Shown here in pieces: positions 9,201 to 17,965 of a stretch of DNA of 64,000 bases. This stretch comes from Candidatus Wolfebacteria bacterium GW2011_GWA1_44_24 (GTDB lineage Bacteria > Patescibacteriota > Minisyncoccia > UBA6257 > UBA9933). Where the stretch lies: the NCBI GenBank assembly GCA_001001115.1, contig LCIO01000001.1, positions 300,710-364,709 on the forward strand. Reading direction: 5' to 3'. The notes beneath the pieces are model-generated. The model had not been told where the DNA came from. It did no database searches and saw only the letters and a list, made by a program, of their open reading frames with translations. Both the position numbers and the translations under genes were made by a program. The first letter of the stretch is position 1; each line of letters begins with the position of its first letter.

Positions 9201-9470
9201 ATGATAAGACGGGAAAGGAGAGTGTTTAACAAGAAGAGGATATTCCGGTCTTTTGTCGTTTTTGCTGCTGTCTTTGTGGTGGTGATGGTGATGGCATTTG
9301 CTATCGCCGTTCTTGCAAAGAACAGCTGGGGGAAGGAAGAAAGGAATGAGTGTCTGAAGTGGCAGAAAGAAGCAAGGGAAATACAGGGGTACTTTCTTGC
9401 CAATTGGCAGGCGGAGCAGTGCGCTCGCTGGGGCGTAAAAATAAACGCGCCGATAAAAGCTGATTTCTAA
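9201..9470 (+). CDS. Small single-pass membrane protein with two Cys
   Basis: SD AAGGAGG; basic N-terminus, TM, C..C. Confidence 0.7.
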   Translation: MIRRERRVFNKKRIFRSFVVFAAVFVVVMVMAFAIAVLAKNSWGKEERNECLKWQKEAREIQGYFLANWQAEQCARWGVKINAPIKADF

Positions 9471-9487
9471 AGAAGGGGGTGATTAAA

Positions 9488-9688
9488 GTGAGCACTCAGA
9501 TAGAGAAAGAGGTGGAGATAAAAACGAACGAAGGGTTCAATCTGGTTTTTCACAAAAAGACAGGCAACGAGATTGGTCTTCATCCCTTTTCCCGCCCCAA
9601 AGACAAACCCGATGCGATTCTCTCCGCCATGGTTGTTGAAGGGGCTCGTCGGAAGGCCGAAAAACTGTTTTTGTATTCAAGGGGGTGA
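9488..9688 (+). CDS. Hypothetical protein
   Basis: SD AAGGGGGTGA, GTG at 9488. Confidence 0.6.
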   Translation: MSTQIEKEVEIKTNEGFNLVFHKKTGNEIGLHPFSRPKDKPDAILSAMVVEGARRKAEKLFLYSRG

Positions 9689-9694
9689 TTTGGA

Positions 9695-9901
9695 ATAACG
9701 ACAACGATAGAGTGGACTCCCCAGGGATTTGTTTGTTCGCATTGCGGTACGTCAAATCTCGATAAGCACGACAAATGCGGCAACTGCGATGAAAATCCGT
9801 ATGAACCACTGTCAAAAGACGCTTTGTTGACGCGAGAAGAGTTATCGACTTTTCGGGCCGTAATTAGGAAAGATAAAGTTATTGTGAGGCTTTCTGATTA
9901 A
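9695..9901 (+). CDS. Zinc-ribbon protein with no canonical start (ATA start or readthrough)
   Basis: Open frame 9689-9901 encodes CSHC..CGNC; SD AAGGGGGTGA 6 nt before ATA. Confidence 0.55.
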   Translation: MTTTIEWTPQGFVCSHCGTSNLDKHDKCGNCDENPYEPLSKDALLTREELSTFRAVIRKDKVIVRLSD

Positions 9902-9919
9902 ATCAGAAAGCCTCTTTTT
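9886..9919 (+). terminator. Intrinsic terminator closing the cassette
   Basis: GAGGCTTTCTGATT/AATCAGAAAGCCTC perfect inverted repeat + T5. Confidence 0.85.
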
Positions 9920-9927
9920 ATTCTCCT

Positions 9928-11151
9928 TTAATTCATTATTTGCTGATTTAATATTTCTTCGACTATTTTCCCTTCATCCCAAGGAATTTTTTTGCCGCTT
10001 TCCACACACATCGAAGACTCGCTTCCTTTGCCGGTTAAAATCACAATATCATCTTTTTTTGCCAAAGAAAGCGCTTTTTCAATCGCTTCTCTGCGGTCAA
10101 CAATTTCGTATAAATTAGAAATTGAAAATTGAAAATCGGAAATTCCAGACTTTATATCCGATAAAATCTGGTTTGGGTTTTCATCGTACGGGTCTTCGTT
10201 GGTTAAGATAATTTCGTCGCAATATTGAGCGGCGATTTTGCCCATTGCCGGCCTTTTCCACTTGTCTCGGCCACCGCCAGCCGCCCCAAACACGCAAATT
10301 AATCTGCGTTGATTGCCTTGTAAAGTTTTATAAACATTAAGTAAAGAATCCGGCGTATGCGCGTAATCAATGATTATTTGAAAATTTTGCCCTTCTTCAA
10401 TAAACTCCATTCTTCCGGGAATACTTTTAATTTCAGAAAGTGTCTTTTTTGAGACCTCGTTTTCAACTCCGTATATTTCCGCTGTTTTTATGGCCGCCGC
10501 GGCATTGCTTAAATTAAAATTTCCCGCAATCTGAAGTTTCAATCCTTTAACATCTTCCAAAGAATAAGCGATTTTATTTTTTGCCGAAATATTCCAAAAC
10601 TCTTCAAAATATTTATCATCTTTATTGATAATATGGCCATTTTTTACGTTTTTGAAAAATTTTAATTTTGCTTGCTTGTAATTTTCAAAAGAGCCGTGCG
10701 ATTCAATGTGTTCCGGCGCCAAATTGGTGAAAACCGCGCTGTCAAAATTTATAAATTTATGGCGCGATTGAACGACGCCCTGAGAAGTAACTTCTATAAT
10801 CGCAAATCGACAGCCGGCTTTTTGAGCTTTGGCTAAAAATTTTTGGATATGAAACCTCCCGGGCATCGTCATTTTCAATTTATTTATCCAGACCTCATCC
10901 GCTATTTTAAATTGAATTGATGAAAGAGCGGCAATTTTATATCCCGCGGCTTCAAAAATTTTGCTTAAAAAATAAACAGTTGTTGATTTTCCTTTGGTGC
11001 CCGTGACGCCGATAACAATCATTTTTCCGGAAGGAAAACCGTAAATAAAAGCGCCCAAAAAAACCAGAAGAAAATGATAAGGCGGCTGAAGGCGGCGGTA
11101 TAAAAACTTCGGAATAATATATTTTTCTATAAATCTTAAAATTTTTTCCAT
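9928..11151 (-). CDS. murE: Mur ligase, MurE-like
   Basis: GVTGTKGKST, FTNLAPEH, PGRME, DYAHTPDSL, GKGSE. Confidence 0.85.
   Translation of the reverse strand: MEKILRFIEKYIIPKFLYRRLQPPYHFLLVFLGAFIYGFPSGKMIVIGVTGTKGKSTTVYFLSKIFEAAGYKIAALSSIQFKIADEVWINKLKMTMPGRFHIQKFLAKAQKAGCRFAIIEVTSQGVVQSRHKFINFDSAVFTNLAPEHIESHGSFENYKQAKLKFFKNVKNGHIINKDDKYFEEFWNISAKNKIAYSLEDVKGLKLQIAGNFNLSNAAAAIKTAEIYGVENEVSKKTLSEIKSIPGRMEFIEEGQNFQIIIDYAHTPDSLLNVYKTLQGNQRRLICVFGAAGGGRDKWKRPAMGKIAAQYCDEIILTNEDPYDENPNQILSDIKSGISDFQFSISNLYEIVDRREAIEKALSLAKKDDIVILTGKGSESSMCVESGKKIPWDEGKIVEEILNQQIMN
10112..10146. repeat. Heptamer repeat x5 inside the Mur ligase
   Basis: AAATTAG AAATTGA AAATTGA AAATCGG AAATTCC, encoding GISDFQFSISNL. 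Confidence 0.8.
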
Positions 11152-11154
11152 AAA

Positions 11155-12405
11155 TCATCGCGCCGCCAAACCGCCGGGCAAATAATCCAGGGGGTCAATG
11201 GTTACGCCGATTGGCACAAGGCCGCAGTTGCAGTTTGGCAGATTTTGAAGTCGAATGCTCGGCTCCCAATAAAGTCCGAGATGGAGATGTCCTCGGCCAA
11301 TGGCGTAGCCGGTGTTGCCCGAATAGCCTATTAATTGTCCTTTTTTGACCAAATCGCCTTTTTTCAAAAGAGAATTATAAGAAAGATGGGCGTAAAGAGT
11401 GGCTAAGTTATTGTTATGTTTTATAAGAACGTATTTTCCATACTGATAGCGGCCGTTGTTGCCGATTGCCGTTATTTCGCCGTCGTCAGCGGAGAAAATC
11501 GCCGTGCCGATGGGCGTTCCGAAATCCATTCCATTGTGGGGTTTGCCTCGATAAAGCCGGGAAATTTCGCCGAATTTCTGAGTAATGCGCGGGTTAAGAA
11601 CGGGCCAAGCCAAAATGCCCGGACGCTTAAGCGGCAGAAGCGCGGGGTCGAAAGAGCGCCGCAATTCATCTTCCGTAAACTCAATTTCATCGCTGATGGC
11701 GCTTTGTTTTTTCTCCAAGTCGCTTAATGTTTGCTGATAAACTTTTTCCTGATTTTTAGTGGTTGTTAAAAGTGATTGTTTGTCTTTTTTAATATCTTCG
11801 GTGATTATTTTTTTGTTTTTAAGATTAAAATTTTCTTCTTCCTTGTCCAGTTTTTTATTCGAGAGTTCGTTAATTTTTTCACCTAACCGGGTTTTCAACG
11901 TTCGCATTTCGGCGATTTTATTCGATAAGTTTCCGCTTAAATCGGTTAATCCTTGGACTTCAAAAACGCTCTCGGCCAGACTTTTATTTTTGAGAAAAAT
12001 AACAAGCGGCGTTTCGCTGCTTTTTTGCTGAAGTTCTTTTAGAAGCTCGCTGACGCCTCTTTTTTGAATGTCGATTTTTTCTCCGATTTCGACAATATCA
12101 TTTTGAGCGGAATCAATTTCCAACCCTGTTTTTTCAATCAAAATTTCGCTGGCGCGGACGCTTAGATTGATTTGGTTGATTTGGGTGTTGATTTTATCAA
12201 CCTCTTTTTTCAGAGTCGCGCCTTTTTCTTTGGTTTCTTCGAGACTTTTTTGAGCTTCCTGGATTTGAGCGTTGATTTTCTGAAGTTCTTGAGTTTTTTG
12301 ACCGATGGATTCCTTTAATTCTTGCGGAGTGGCGGCAGAAACCGCTAAAACAGAAAACAGAAAACAGAAAACAGAAAACAGAAATATTTTATAAAATATC
12401 TTCAT
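11155..12405 (-). CDS. Secreted coiled-coil + M23 peptidase (EnvC/CwlO-like)
   Basis: Signal peptide, long coiled coil, HNGMD, YAHL, HLH. Confidence 0.9.
   Translation of the reverse strand: MKIFYKIFLFSVFCFLFSVLAVSAATPQELKESIGQKTQELQKINAQIQEAQKSLEETKEKGATLKKEVDKINTQINQINLSVRASEILIEKTGLEIDSAQNDIVEIGEKIDIQKRGVSELLKELQQKSSETPLVIFLKNKSLAESVFEVQGLTDLSGNLSNKIAEMRTLKTRLGEKINELSNKKLDKEEENFNLKNKKIITEDIKKDKQSLLTTTKNQEKVYQQTLSDLEKKQSAISDEIEFTEDELRRSFDPALLPLKRPGILAWPVLNPRITQKFGEISRLYRGKPHNGMDFGTPIGTAIFSADDGEITAIGNNGRYQYGKYVLIKHNNNLATLYAHLSYNSLLKKGDLVKKGQLIGYSGNTGYAIGRGHLHLGLYWEPSIRLQNLPNCNCGLVPIGVTIDPLDYLPGGLAAR
12347..12381. repeat. Perfect heptamer repeat (AAAACAG)x5 in signal peptide
   Basis: Five exact units; encode the hydrophobic LFSVFCFLFSVL. 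Confidence 0.95.
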
Positions 12406-12411
12406 TAATTA

Positions 12412-12984
12412 TCAAGATAAATTTTTTAATGCCATCCTTAAGCGTTCGTCTATTTTACTGATTTTTGAAGGGATATCTTTCAGCGCGTCTTTAATTTCGC
12501 TTTGCTTATAACCGAGATTTTTAAGGGTTTTTTCTATATCGGCGTCAATATCCATCAAATCAATGATATTTTCATCGACTTGATTTTTGATTTTATCGCG
12601 CAATTCCAGAATAATCCGATGGGCGGTTTTTTTGCCGACGCCGGAAATTTTTGTCAAAATGTCGATGCGGTTTTTGTCGATAGCCGCCAGTAAACCGTCA
12701 ATTCGGCCGGCGCTCAAAATTTTCAGGGCGATTTTCGGTCCGACACTGGGAATAGAATTCAATAATTCAAAAATTTCTAATTCTTTTTCGCTCAGGAAGC
12801 CGTATAATTCAAGGCCGTCTTGGCGGAGATGCGGATAGCAGAACAGCTTGATTTTCGAGCCGATTTTCGGCAGGCGATGGAAGGTTTTCGACGAAACAAA
12901 AATTTTAAAACCAAGGCCGCCAGCCTCCACGACAAGAAACGGGGGTTTTTTGAAGATGAATTTGCCGAAAATAGAATAAAGCAT
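12412..12984 (-). CDS. ruvA: Holliday junction helicase subunit RuvA
   Basis: LYGF, VGPKIAL, GVGKKTAHRIILEL, LGY. Confidence 0.96.
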   Translation of the reverse strand: MLYSIFGKFIFKKPPFLVVEAGGLGFKIFVSSKTFHRLPKIGSKIKLFCYPHLRQDGLELYGFLSEKELEIFELLNSIPSVGPKIALKILSAGRIDGLLAAIDKNRIDILTKISGVGKKTAHRIILELRDKIKNQVDENIIDLMDIDADIEKTLKNLGYKQSEIKDALKDIPSKISKIDERLRMALKNLS

Positions 12985-13009
12985 GATATAAAGTTTATCC
13001 TAAAAACCA

Positions 13010-13038
13010 TTGACACTCAACCTTCTTTCGTTTAGTTT
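13010..13038 (+). promoter_or_regulatory. rpsT promoter (apparently leaderless)
   Basis: TTGACA-17nt-TAGTTT, 6 nt before ATG. Confidence 0.6.
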
Positions 13039-13044
13039 AATCCT

Positions 13045-13299
13045 ATGCCTATCGTCAAATCAGCCAAAAAAGCCCTGCGCCAGAATATCCGGCGCCGCAA
13101 ACAAAACGTTAAAAGAAAAAACGAATTAAAGTCGGTTATTAAAAATTACAAGAAATTGGTCGTTGATGGGAAAAAAGAAGAAGCAAAAACTTATTTATCG
13201 CAAGTTTATAAGAAGCTGGATAAATCGGCAAAAGCGGATTTAATCAAAAAAAACAAAGCCGCGAGATTGAAATCTCGACTAAGCAGATTGATAAAATAA
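13045..13299 (+). CDS. rpsT: 30S ribosomal protein S20
   Basis: KSAKKALRQ..KNKAARLKSRL. Confidence 0.97.
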   Translation: MPIVKSAKKALRQNIRRRKQNVKRKNELKSVIKNYKKLVVDGKKEEAKTYLSQVYKKLDKSAKADLIKKNKAARLKSRLSRLIK

Positions 13300-13325
13300 A
13301 AAATCCCGCTTAGGCGGGATTTTTT
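13298..13325. terminator. Bidirectional terminator between rpsT and pnp
   Basis: AAAAAATCCCGC-TTAG-GCGGGATTTTTT. Confidence 0.9.
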
Positions 13326-15423
13326 ATTTGCTTAAAGCTTTTATTGAAAGTCCAATCTTGCCGTTTTCAACTTTAATGACTTTTACTTTGACAATATCGC
13401 CGATTTTAATCACGTCCTCCACTTTTTTAACAAAACCCTCTTTAAGTTCGGAAACATGAACCATTCCGTCTTTTCCGCCCCCCAAATCCACAATGGCGCC
13501 GAATTCCAAAATTTTTATCACCGATCCTTCCAAGATTTCTCCTATTTGGAATTGGCGGGTCAGGGATTTGATGTAGCGAATGGCCGAGATAACCTTTTCT
13601 TCAGCCATGCCGGCCACGAAAACCCGGCCGCTTTCTTCGATGTCAATGGTTTCCACACCTGTGTCTTTGATGATGGCATTGATGACTTTGCCGCCCGGGC
13701 CGATGACTTCGCCGATTTGTTCGGGCTTGATTTCCAAAGTCATGATAACCGGCGCAAAGGAAGAAATTTGGGCGCGGGGCTTGTCAATGGTTTTTTTCAT
13801 AAATTCCAAAATCTCCAGACGGGCTTTTTTAGATTGCATTAAAACTTCCTCGAGTATTTTGGGAGTAACGCCTTCAATTTTAACATCCATTTGAATCGCC
13901 GTAATGCCATCGCTGGTGCCGGCGATTTTACAGTCCATATCGCCGTAGTGGTCCTCTGGTCCTTGGATGTCGGTGAGAATTTTATATCGGCCGTCCGGCA
14001 CGCTCATTAATCCCATTGCAATGCCGGCAGCGGCTTTCTTAATTGGCACGCCGGCGTCCATCAAAGACATTGAAGCGGCTGAAACGCTTGCCATTGAAGA
14101 AGAGCCGTTGGAGGATAAGATTTCCGATACTACCCGGATGGTGTAGGGAAATTCTTCCGAAGAGGGAATCAGCGGCCGAACGGCTTTATCCGCAAGATTG
14201 CCGTGGCCGATTTCCCGCCGGCCCACGCCTCCCATCCGGCCGACTTCGCCGACCGAATAAGGCGGAAAATTATAATGGAGCATAAAGCGGCGCTTGCCGG
14301 AAATTTCCATTGTTTCAATCAATTGTTCGGCGCCGGGAGCCGCCAAAGTGGTGACAGCCAGAGCCTGAGTGTTGCCGCGCGCGAATAAAGCCGAACCGTG
14401 CAGGCGCTTGAATAATCCGATTTCGGCAAAAAGTTCGCGAACCTCGTCCAGTTTTCTGGCGTCGGGCCTTTTTTCGGATTCAATGATATTTTTATGGACG
14501 AGTTTATCAACTTTTTCTTCGAATAATTGGTCTGCCGACTCGAGTCCTTGAACCGATTCTTGGAGCAGATACTGTTTCAAATTTTCCTTAAGTTCGGCAA
14601 TTTGATTTTGACGCTCGGTTTTGTCTTTGACATAAAGCGCTTGCTCCAATTTGTCGTTTAAAAAATCAACGACTTTTTCACGAAGCTCGGCCGGCGGCTC
14701 GATTAAAGCCACTTCGGCTTTTTTTTGGCCGATTTTTTGGACAATTTCTTTTTGAAATTCAATAAGTTTTTTTATTTCTTCGTGCGCCAAAACGAAACTT
14801 TCAACCGCTTCTTTCTCTTCGGCTTCATTGCCGCTAAGTTCAATCATATTGATTTTATTTTCCGTGCCGGCGATAAAGGCGTCAAAAACAATGTTTTTAT
14901 TTTCCGTAAAAAGGCGATTAGTCGGGTTAATAACTGTTTCGCCGTCTTTGATTCTTGCCGTTCTTACGCCGGCAATCGGACCGTTCCAGGGAATATCGGA
15001 AATTAAAAGAGCGGCTGAAGCCGAAAGCAAAGAAATGAAATCCGGGTCGTTTTCTTCGTCGTAAGAAAGGACAGTAACGACAATCTGGATATCGCGGCGC
15101 ATTCTGGAATCAAAAAGCGGCCGGATGCTCCGGTCAATCAGCCGGCCGGAAAGAACCGCGGCTTCCGAAGGCCGACCCTCTCTTCTGATAAATCGCGAAC
15201 CTATGATTTTGCCGGCCGCGTAAAATTTTTCTTCGTAATCGACGACGAGCGGAAGATAATCGATGTCTTTGTCTTTGTTTCCCATTACGGCCGTGACTAA
15301 GACTGAAGTATCGCCGTATTGTCCCAAGACAGCGGCATTGGCTTGCTCGGCCAGTCGAGAAACGGTTAAGGTCAACGGCTGACCCGCAAAATCAATAGAA
15401 AATTGTTGTTTATTAAAATTCAT
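13324..15423 (-). CDS. pnp: Polynucleotide phosphorylase
   Basis: RLIDRSIRP, RREIGHG, SNGSSSMAS, GDMD; KH and S1 domains. Confidence 0.98.
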   Translation of the reverse strand: MNFNKQQFSIDFAGQPLTLTVSRLAEQANAAVLGQYGDTSVLVTAVMGNKDKDIDYLPLVVDYEEKFYAAGKIIGSRFIRREGRPSEAAVLSGRLIDRSIRPLFDSRMRRDIQIVVTVLSYDEENDPDFISLLSASAALLISDIPWNGPIAGVRTARIKDGETVINPTNRLFTENKNIVFDAFIAGTENKINMIELSGNEAEEKEAVESFVLAHEEIKKLIEFQKEIVQKIGQKKAEVALIEPPAELREKVVDFLNDKLEQALYVKDKTERQNQIAELKENLKQYLLQESVQGLESADQLFEEKVDKLVHKNIIESEKRPDARKLDEVRELFAEIGLFKRLHGSALFARGNTQALAVTTLAAPGAEQLIETMEISGKRRFMLHYNFPPYSVGEVGRMGGVGRREIGHGNLADKAVRPLIPSSEEFPYTIRVVSEILSSNGSSSMASVSAASMSLMDAGVPIKKAAAGIAMGLMSVPDGRYKILTDIQGPEDHYGDMDCKIAGTSDGITAIQMDVKIEGVTPKILEEVLMQSKKARLEILEFMKKTIDKPRAQISSFAPVIMTLEIKPEQIGEVIGPGGKVINAIIKDTGVETIDIEESGRVFVAGMAEEKVISAIRYIKSLTRQFQIGEILEGSVIKILEFGAIVDLGGGKDGMVHVSELKEGFVKKVEDVIKIGDIVKVKVIKVENGKIGLSIKALSK

Positions 15424-15926
15424 CGTTTCAAAATAATTTTGGGCATTGAATCCAGGTCAATGAAAAGATCAGTCGCTTCTTTGAGTTTGGAAGAGGTGCT
15501 CCGGCCAAAAGCCGCCACTTCCACTTGCCGGCCGAGACCCCATTTTAAGTATTCAACCAGCGGAACGAAATCGCCGTCGCCGGTCGCCAGAATAATGACA
15601 TCAAGAAAGCTTGCCATCCGGATAGCGTCAACCGCCATTCCCACATCCCAGTCGGCTTTTTTGACCCCGCCGGCAAAAATTTGCAGGTCTTTGACGCGAA
15701 GTTCAATGCCGGTCTTTTCCAGAACTTCAAAAAAAGCCGCTTCGCCTTCGGCTGATTCGCTTTTCACCACATAACCAATGGCTCTTATCAGTTGCCGGTT
15801 GTCAACAAGAGAGCGGATAAGTTCTTTGTAATTGACCCGGCCGTGATAAAGGTGTTTGGCGCAGTGATAAAGATTTTGGATATCGATAAAAATGCCGACG
15901 CGCTGATTTTTGTGAGACAAATTCAT
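15420..15926 (-). CDS. NYN domain (LabA/DUF88) PIN-like nuclease
   Basis: IFIDIQNL, KADWDVGMAVDA, TGDGDFVPL. Confidence 0.9.
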   Translation of the reverse strand: MNLSHKNQRVGIFIDIQNLYHCAKHLYHGRVNYKELIRSLVDNRQLIRAIGYVVKSESAEGEAAFFEVLEKTGIELRVKDLQIFAGGVKKADWDVGMAVDAIRMASFLDVIILATGDGDFVPLVEYLKWGLGRQVEVAAFGRSTSSKLKEATDLFIDLDSMPKIILKR

Positions 15927-16195
15927 TACTTTTTAAGCCCCAGTTTTCTGACCAAAGTCGTATAACTTTTCTGGCTGTTTTTTGACAGATAATCAAGAAG
16001 CTTTCTCCTTTTACTGACCATCTTTAATAATCCCCGGCGGGAATGATTGTCTTTGGGATTGGTTTTAAGATGAGCGGTGAGTTCGTTAATTTGTTTGGTG
16101 AGCATCGCAATCTGAACTTCAACCGAACCGGTGTCGGTTTCATGGAGTTTGTATTCTTTAAATATGTTTTGTTTTTGTCGGACGGTTAAAGCCAT
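15926..16195 (-). CDS. rpsO: 30S ribosomal protein S15
   Basis: [23 protein letters not shown]. Confidence 0.98.
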   Translation of the reverse strand: MALTVRQKQNIFKEYKLHETDTGSVEVQIAMLTKQINELTAHLKTNPKDNHSRRGLLKMVSKRRKLLDYLSKNSQKSYTTLVRKLGLKK

Positions 16196-16292
16196 AATTG
16201 TTTCAATTTAATTGATTTTGAAATAAAACACAAGTCTTGGGCAGGTTGTCTGTCATTCTTTATTTTGCGACATTTTGTGATATATTTATTTT

Positions 16293-17198
16293 ATGGATAT
16301 CAAAATTTTACTTAAAAATTATCTTGATTATTTGGAAATAGAAAAGAACCGTTCTCCGAAAACCGCGGAAAATTATAAGCGTTATCTGGAGGCGTTTTTG
16401 AATTTTGGGGGGATTAAAACCGAGAAAGGCATTACTTTGGACAAGGTGCGCGATTTTCGTCTCTATTTAGCGCGCAGAAAAACTCCGAGAGGCGAAAATT
16501 ATAAAAAAACCACCCAAAGCTATTATGTCATCGCTTTGCGGAATTTTTTGAAATTCTTAACAAAGAACGATTACGAAGTTTTGTCACCCGACAAAATTGA
16601 ACTGCCGAGAACTCCAAGCCGACAAATTAAAATCATTGAATATCAAGATTTGGAGAGATTACTTGAAGCGCCCAAAGGCAGTGATTTGCGGAGCCTTCGC
16701 GATAAAGCCATTCTGGAAATTTTATTTTCCACCGGCTTGCGGATTTCCGAGCTTTGTTCGTTGAATCGCTATATTGATTTAGCGAGAGGAGAATTGACGG
16801 TTCGCGGCAAAGGCGACAAATTGCGGGCGGTTTTTTTGTCCGAACGGGCAAAAAAAGCGATTGACATTTATCTTAAAAAAAGAAACGACGCTGAAGAAGC
16901 TTTATTTGTCAGTTTGACCAAGTCAAAAAATCCAAAAATCATCGGCCGTATTATTCCGCGAACGATTCAAAGAATAATTGATTTTTACGGCCGCAAGGCC
17001 GGCGTTGCGGAAAAAGTGCATCCTCATATGATTCGCCATTCTTACGCCACCGACCTTTTGATTAACGGCGCGGATTTGCGTTCGGTTCAGGAGCTTCTCG
17101 GCCACGCCAATGTTTCCACCACGCAAATTTACACCCATTTGACTAATAAAGAACTGCGGGAAACCCATCGGGCGTTTCACGGCCGGCGGAGAAGGTAA
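16293..17198 (+). CDS. XerC/D-family tyrosine recombinase
   Basis: TGLRISEL, GKGDK, HMIRHSYAT, LLGH, TTQIYTH. Confidence 0.93.
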   Translation: MDIKILLKNYLDYLEIEKNRSPKTAENYKRYLEAFLNFGGIKTEKGITLDKVRDFRLYLARRKTPRGENYKKTTQSYYVIALRNFLKFLTKNDYEVLSPDKIELPRTPSRQIKIIEYQDLERLLEAPKGSDLRSLRDKAILEILFSTGLRISELCSLNRYIDLARGELTVRGKGDKLRAVFLSERAKKAIDIYLKKRNDAEEALFVSLTKSKNPKIIGRIIPRTIQRIIDFYGRKAGVAEKVHPHMIRHSYATDLLINGADLRSVQELLGHANVSTTQIYTHLTNKELRETHRAFHGRRRR

Positions 17199-17258
17199 TT
17201 TTTTTGCTTGGACGCGGGGTTGACACAATGCTCGGCGTCCGTAATCTTAAGATTAAGA

Positions 17259-17630
17259 ATGACTGAACAGCAAAATTCGGAAAATAAAAATCCGATTTCA
17301 TCGCCGCCTTCTTTGGACGTTGAAATCAGGACCATGGAAACGGATATCGAATCGGTTAAAGCCAGCGGCGGCGACCTGACGAATCCGCAGTTCATCCGCT
17401 TGGGAGAATCGCCGATGGAGCCGATTAAATCGCCGGAAGAGCCGAAAACGAATTTGGATATTCCCGGTTACACCGGTCCGGAAAAAGCGATTTTCAGTCC
17501 GGCGCCGACAGTAGATTCCAAAGATAGCCAATCGCCGGCTATAAAAATAATTTTGATGATTATCGCGATTTTCATCGCCGCGGCCGCCATCGGATTTCTA
17601 AGTTATTATCTGGCGTCTAGAATTTTTTAA
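17259..17630 (+). CDS. Hypothetical protein with C-terminal membrane anchor
   Basis: Pro-rich region with IRTMETD motif and C-terminal TM; ATG 17259. Confidence 0.75.
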   Translation: MTEQQNSENKNPISSPPSLDVEIRTMETDIESVKASGGDLTNPQFIRLGESPMEPIKSPEEPKTNLDIPGYTGPEKAIFSPAPTVDSKDSQSPAIKIILMIIAIFIAAAAIGFLSYYLASRIF

Positions 17631-17632
17631 TC

Positions 17633-17965
17633 ATGCTTAAAAAAAATATTGAACAATTTAATAAAAAGCTTGAAAAAGAAAAGATGGAAATTAGGGAAGA
17701 ATTGGAAAAGCACAAAAAAATGCCCCGGTTCGGTTCCGAAACCACCGATCCCGACCAGGAAACCGACGAATCCGAAGAATACGGCAATCAACTTTCCGTC
17801 GTTCAAACCTACAAAGAACGGCTGGCGGACATTGATTCGGCTTTGAAAAAAATCAAAAACGGCAAATACGGCGTTTGCGAAAAATGCAAAAAGGAAATCT
17901 CCTTAAAACTTCTTAAAATCGATCCGGAATCAAGAATGTGCCAGGAATGCAAAAAGAAGGCGTGA
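17633..17965 (+). CDS. TraR/DksA C4 zinc-finger protein
   Basis: ALKKIKNGKYGVCEKC...CQEC; acidic coiled-coil tip. Confidence 0.88.
   Translation: MLKKNIEQFNKKLEKEKMEIREELEKHKKMPRFGSETTDPDQETDESEEYGNQLSVVQTYKERLADIDSALKKIKNGKYGVCEKCKKEISLKLLKIDPESRMCQECKKKA

Noticed and set aside
9686..9688. Genome-wide TGA recoding (code 25 or 4)
   Set aside because: dsbA-like, pyrG, NYN, infC, gatB and the Clp gene end at TGA at expected lengths, and core genes have no internal TGA.
16293..17198. Tyrosine recombinase as phage/ICE or integron integrase
   Set aside because: XerC/D length and motifs, housekeeping neighbours, no integron-specific insertion, no att or attC sites seen.
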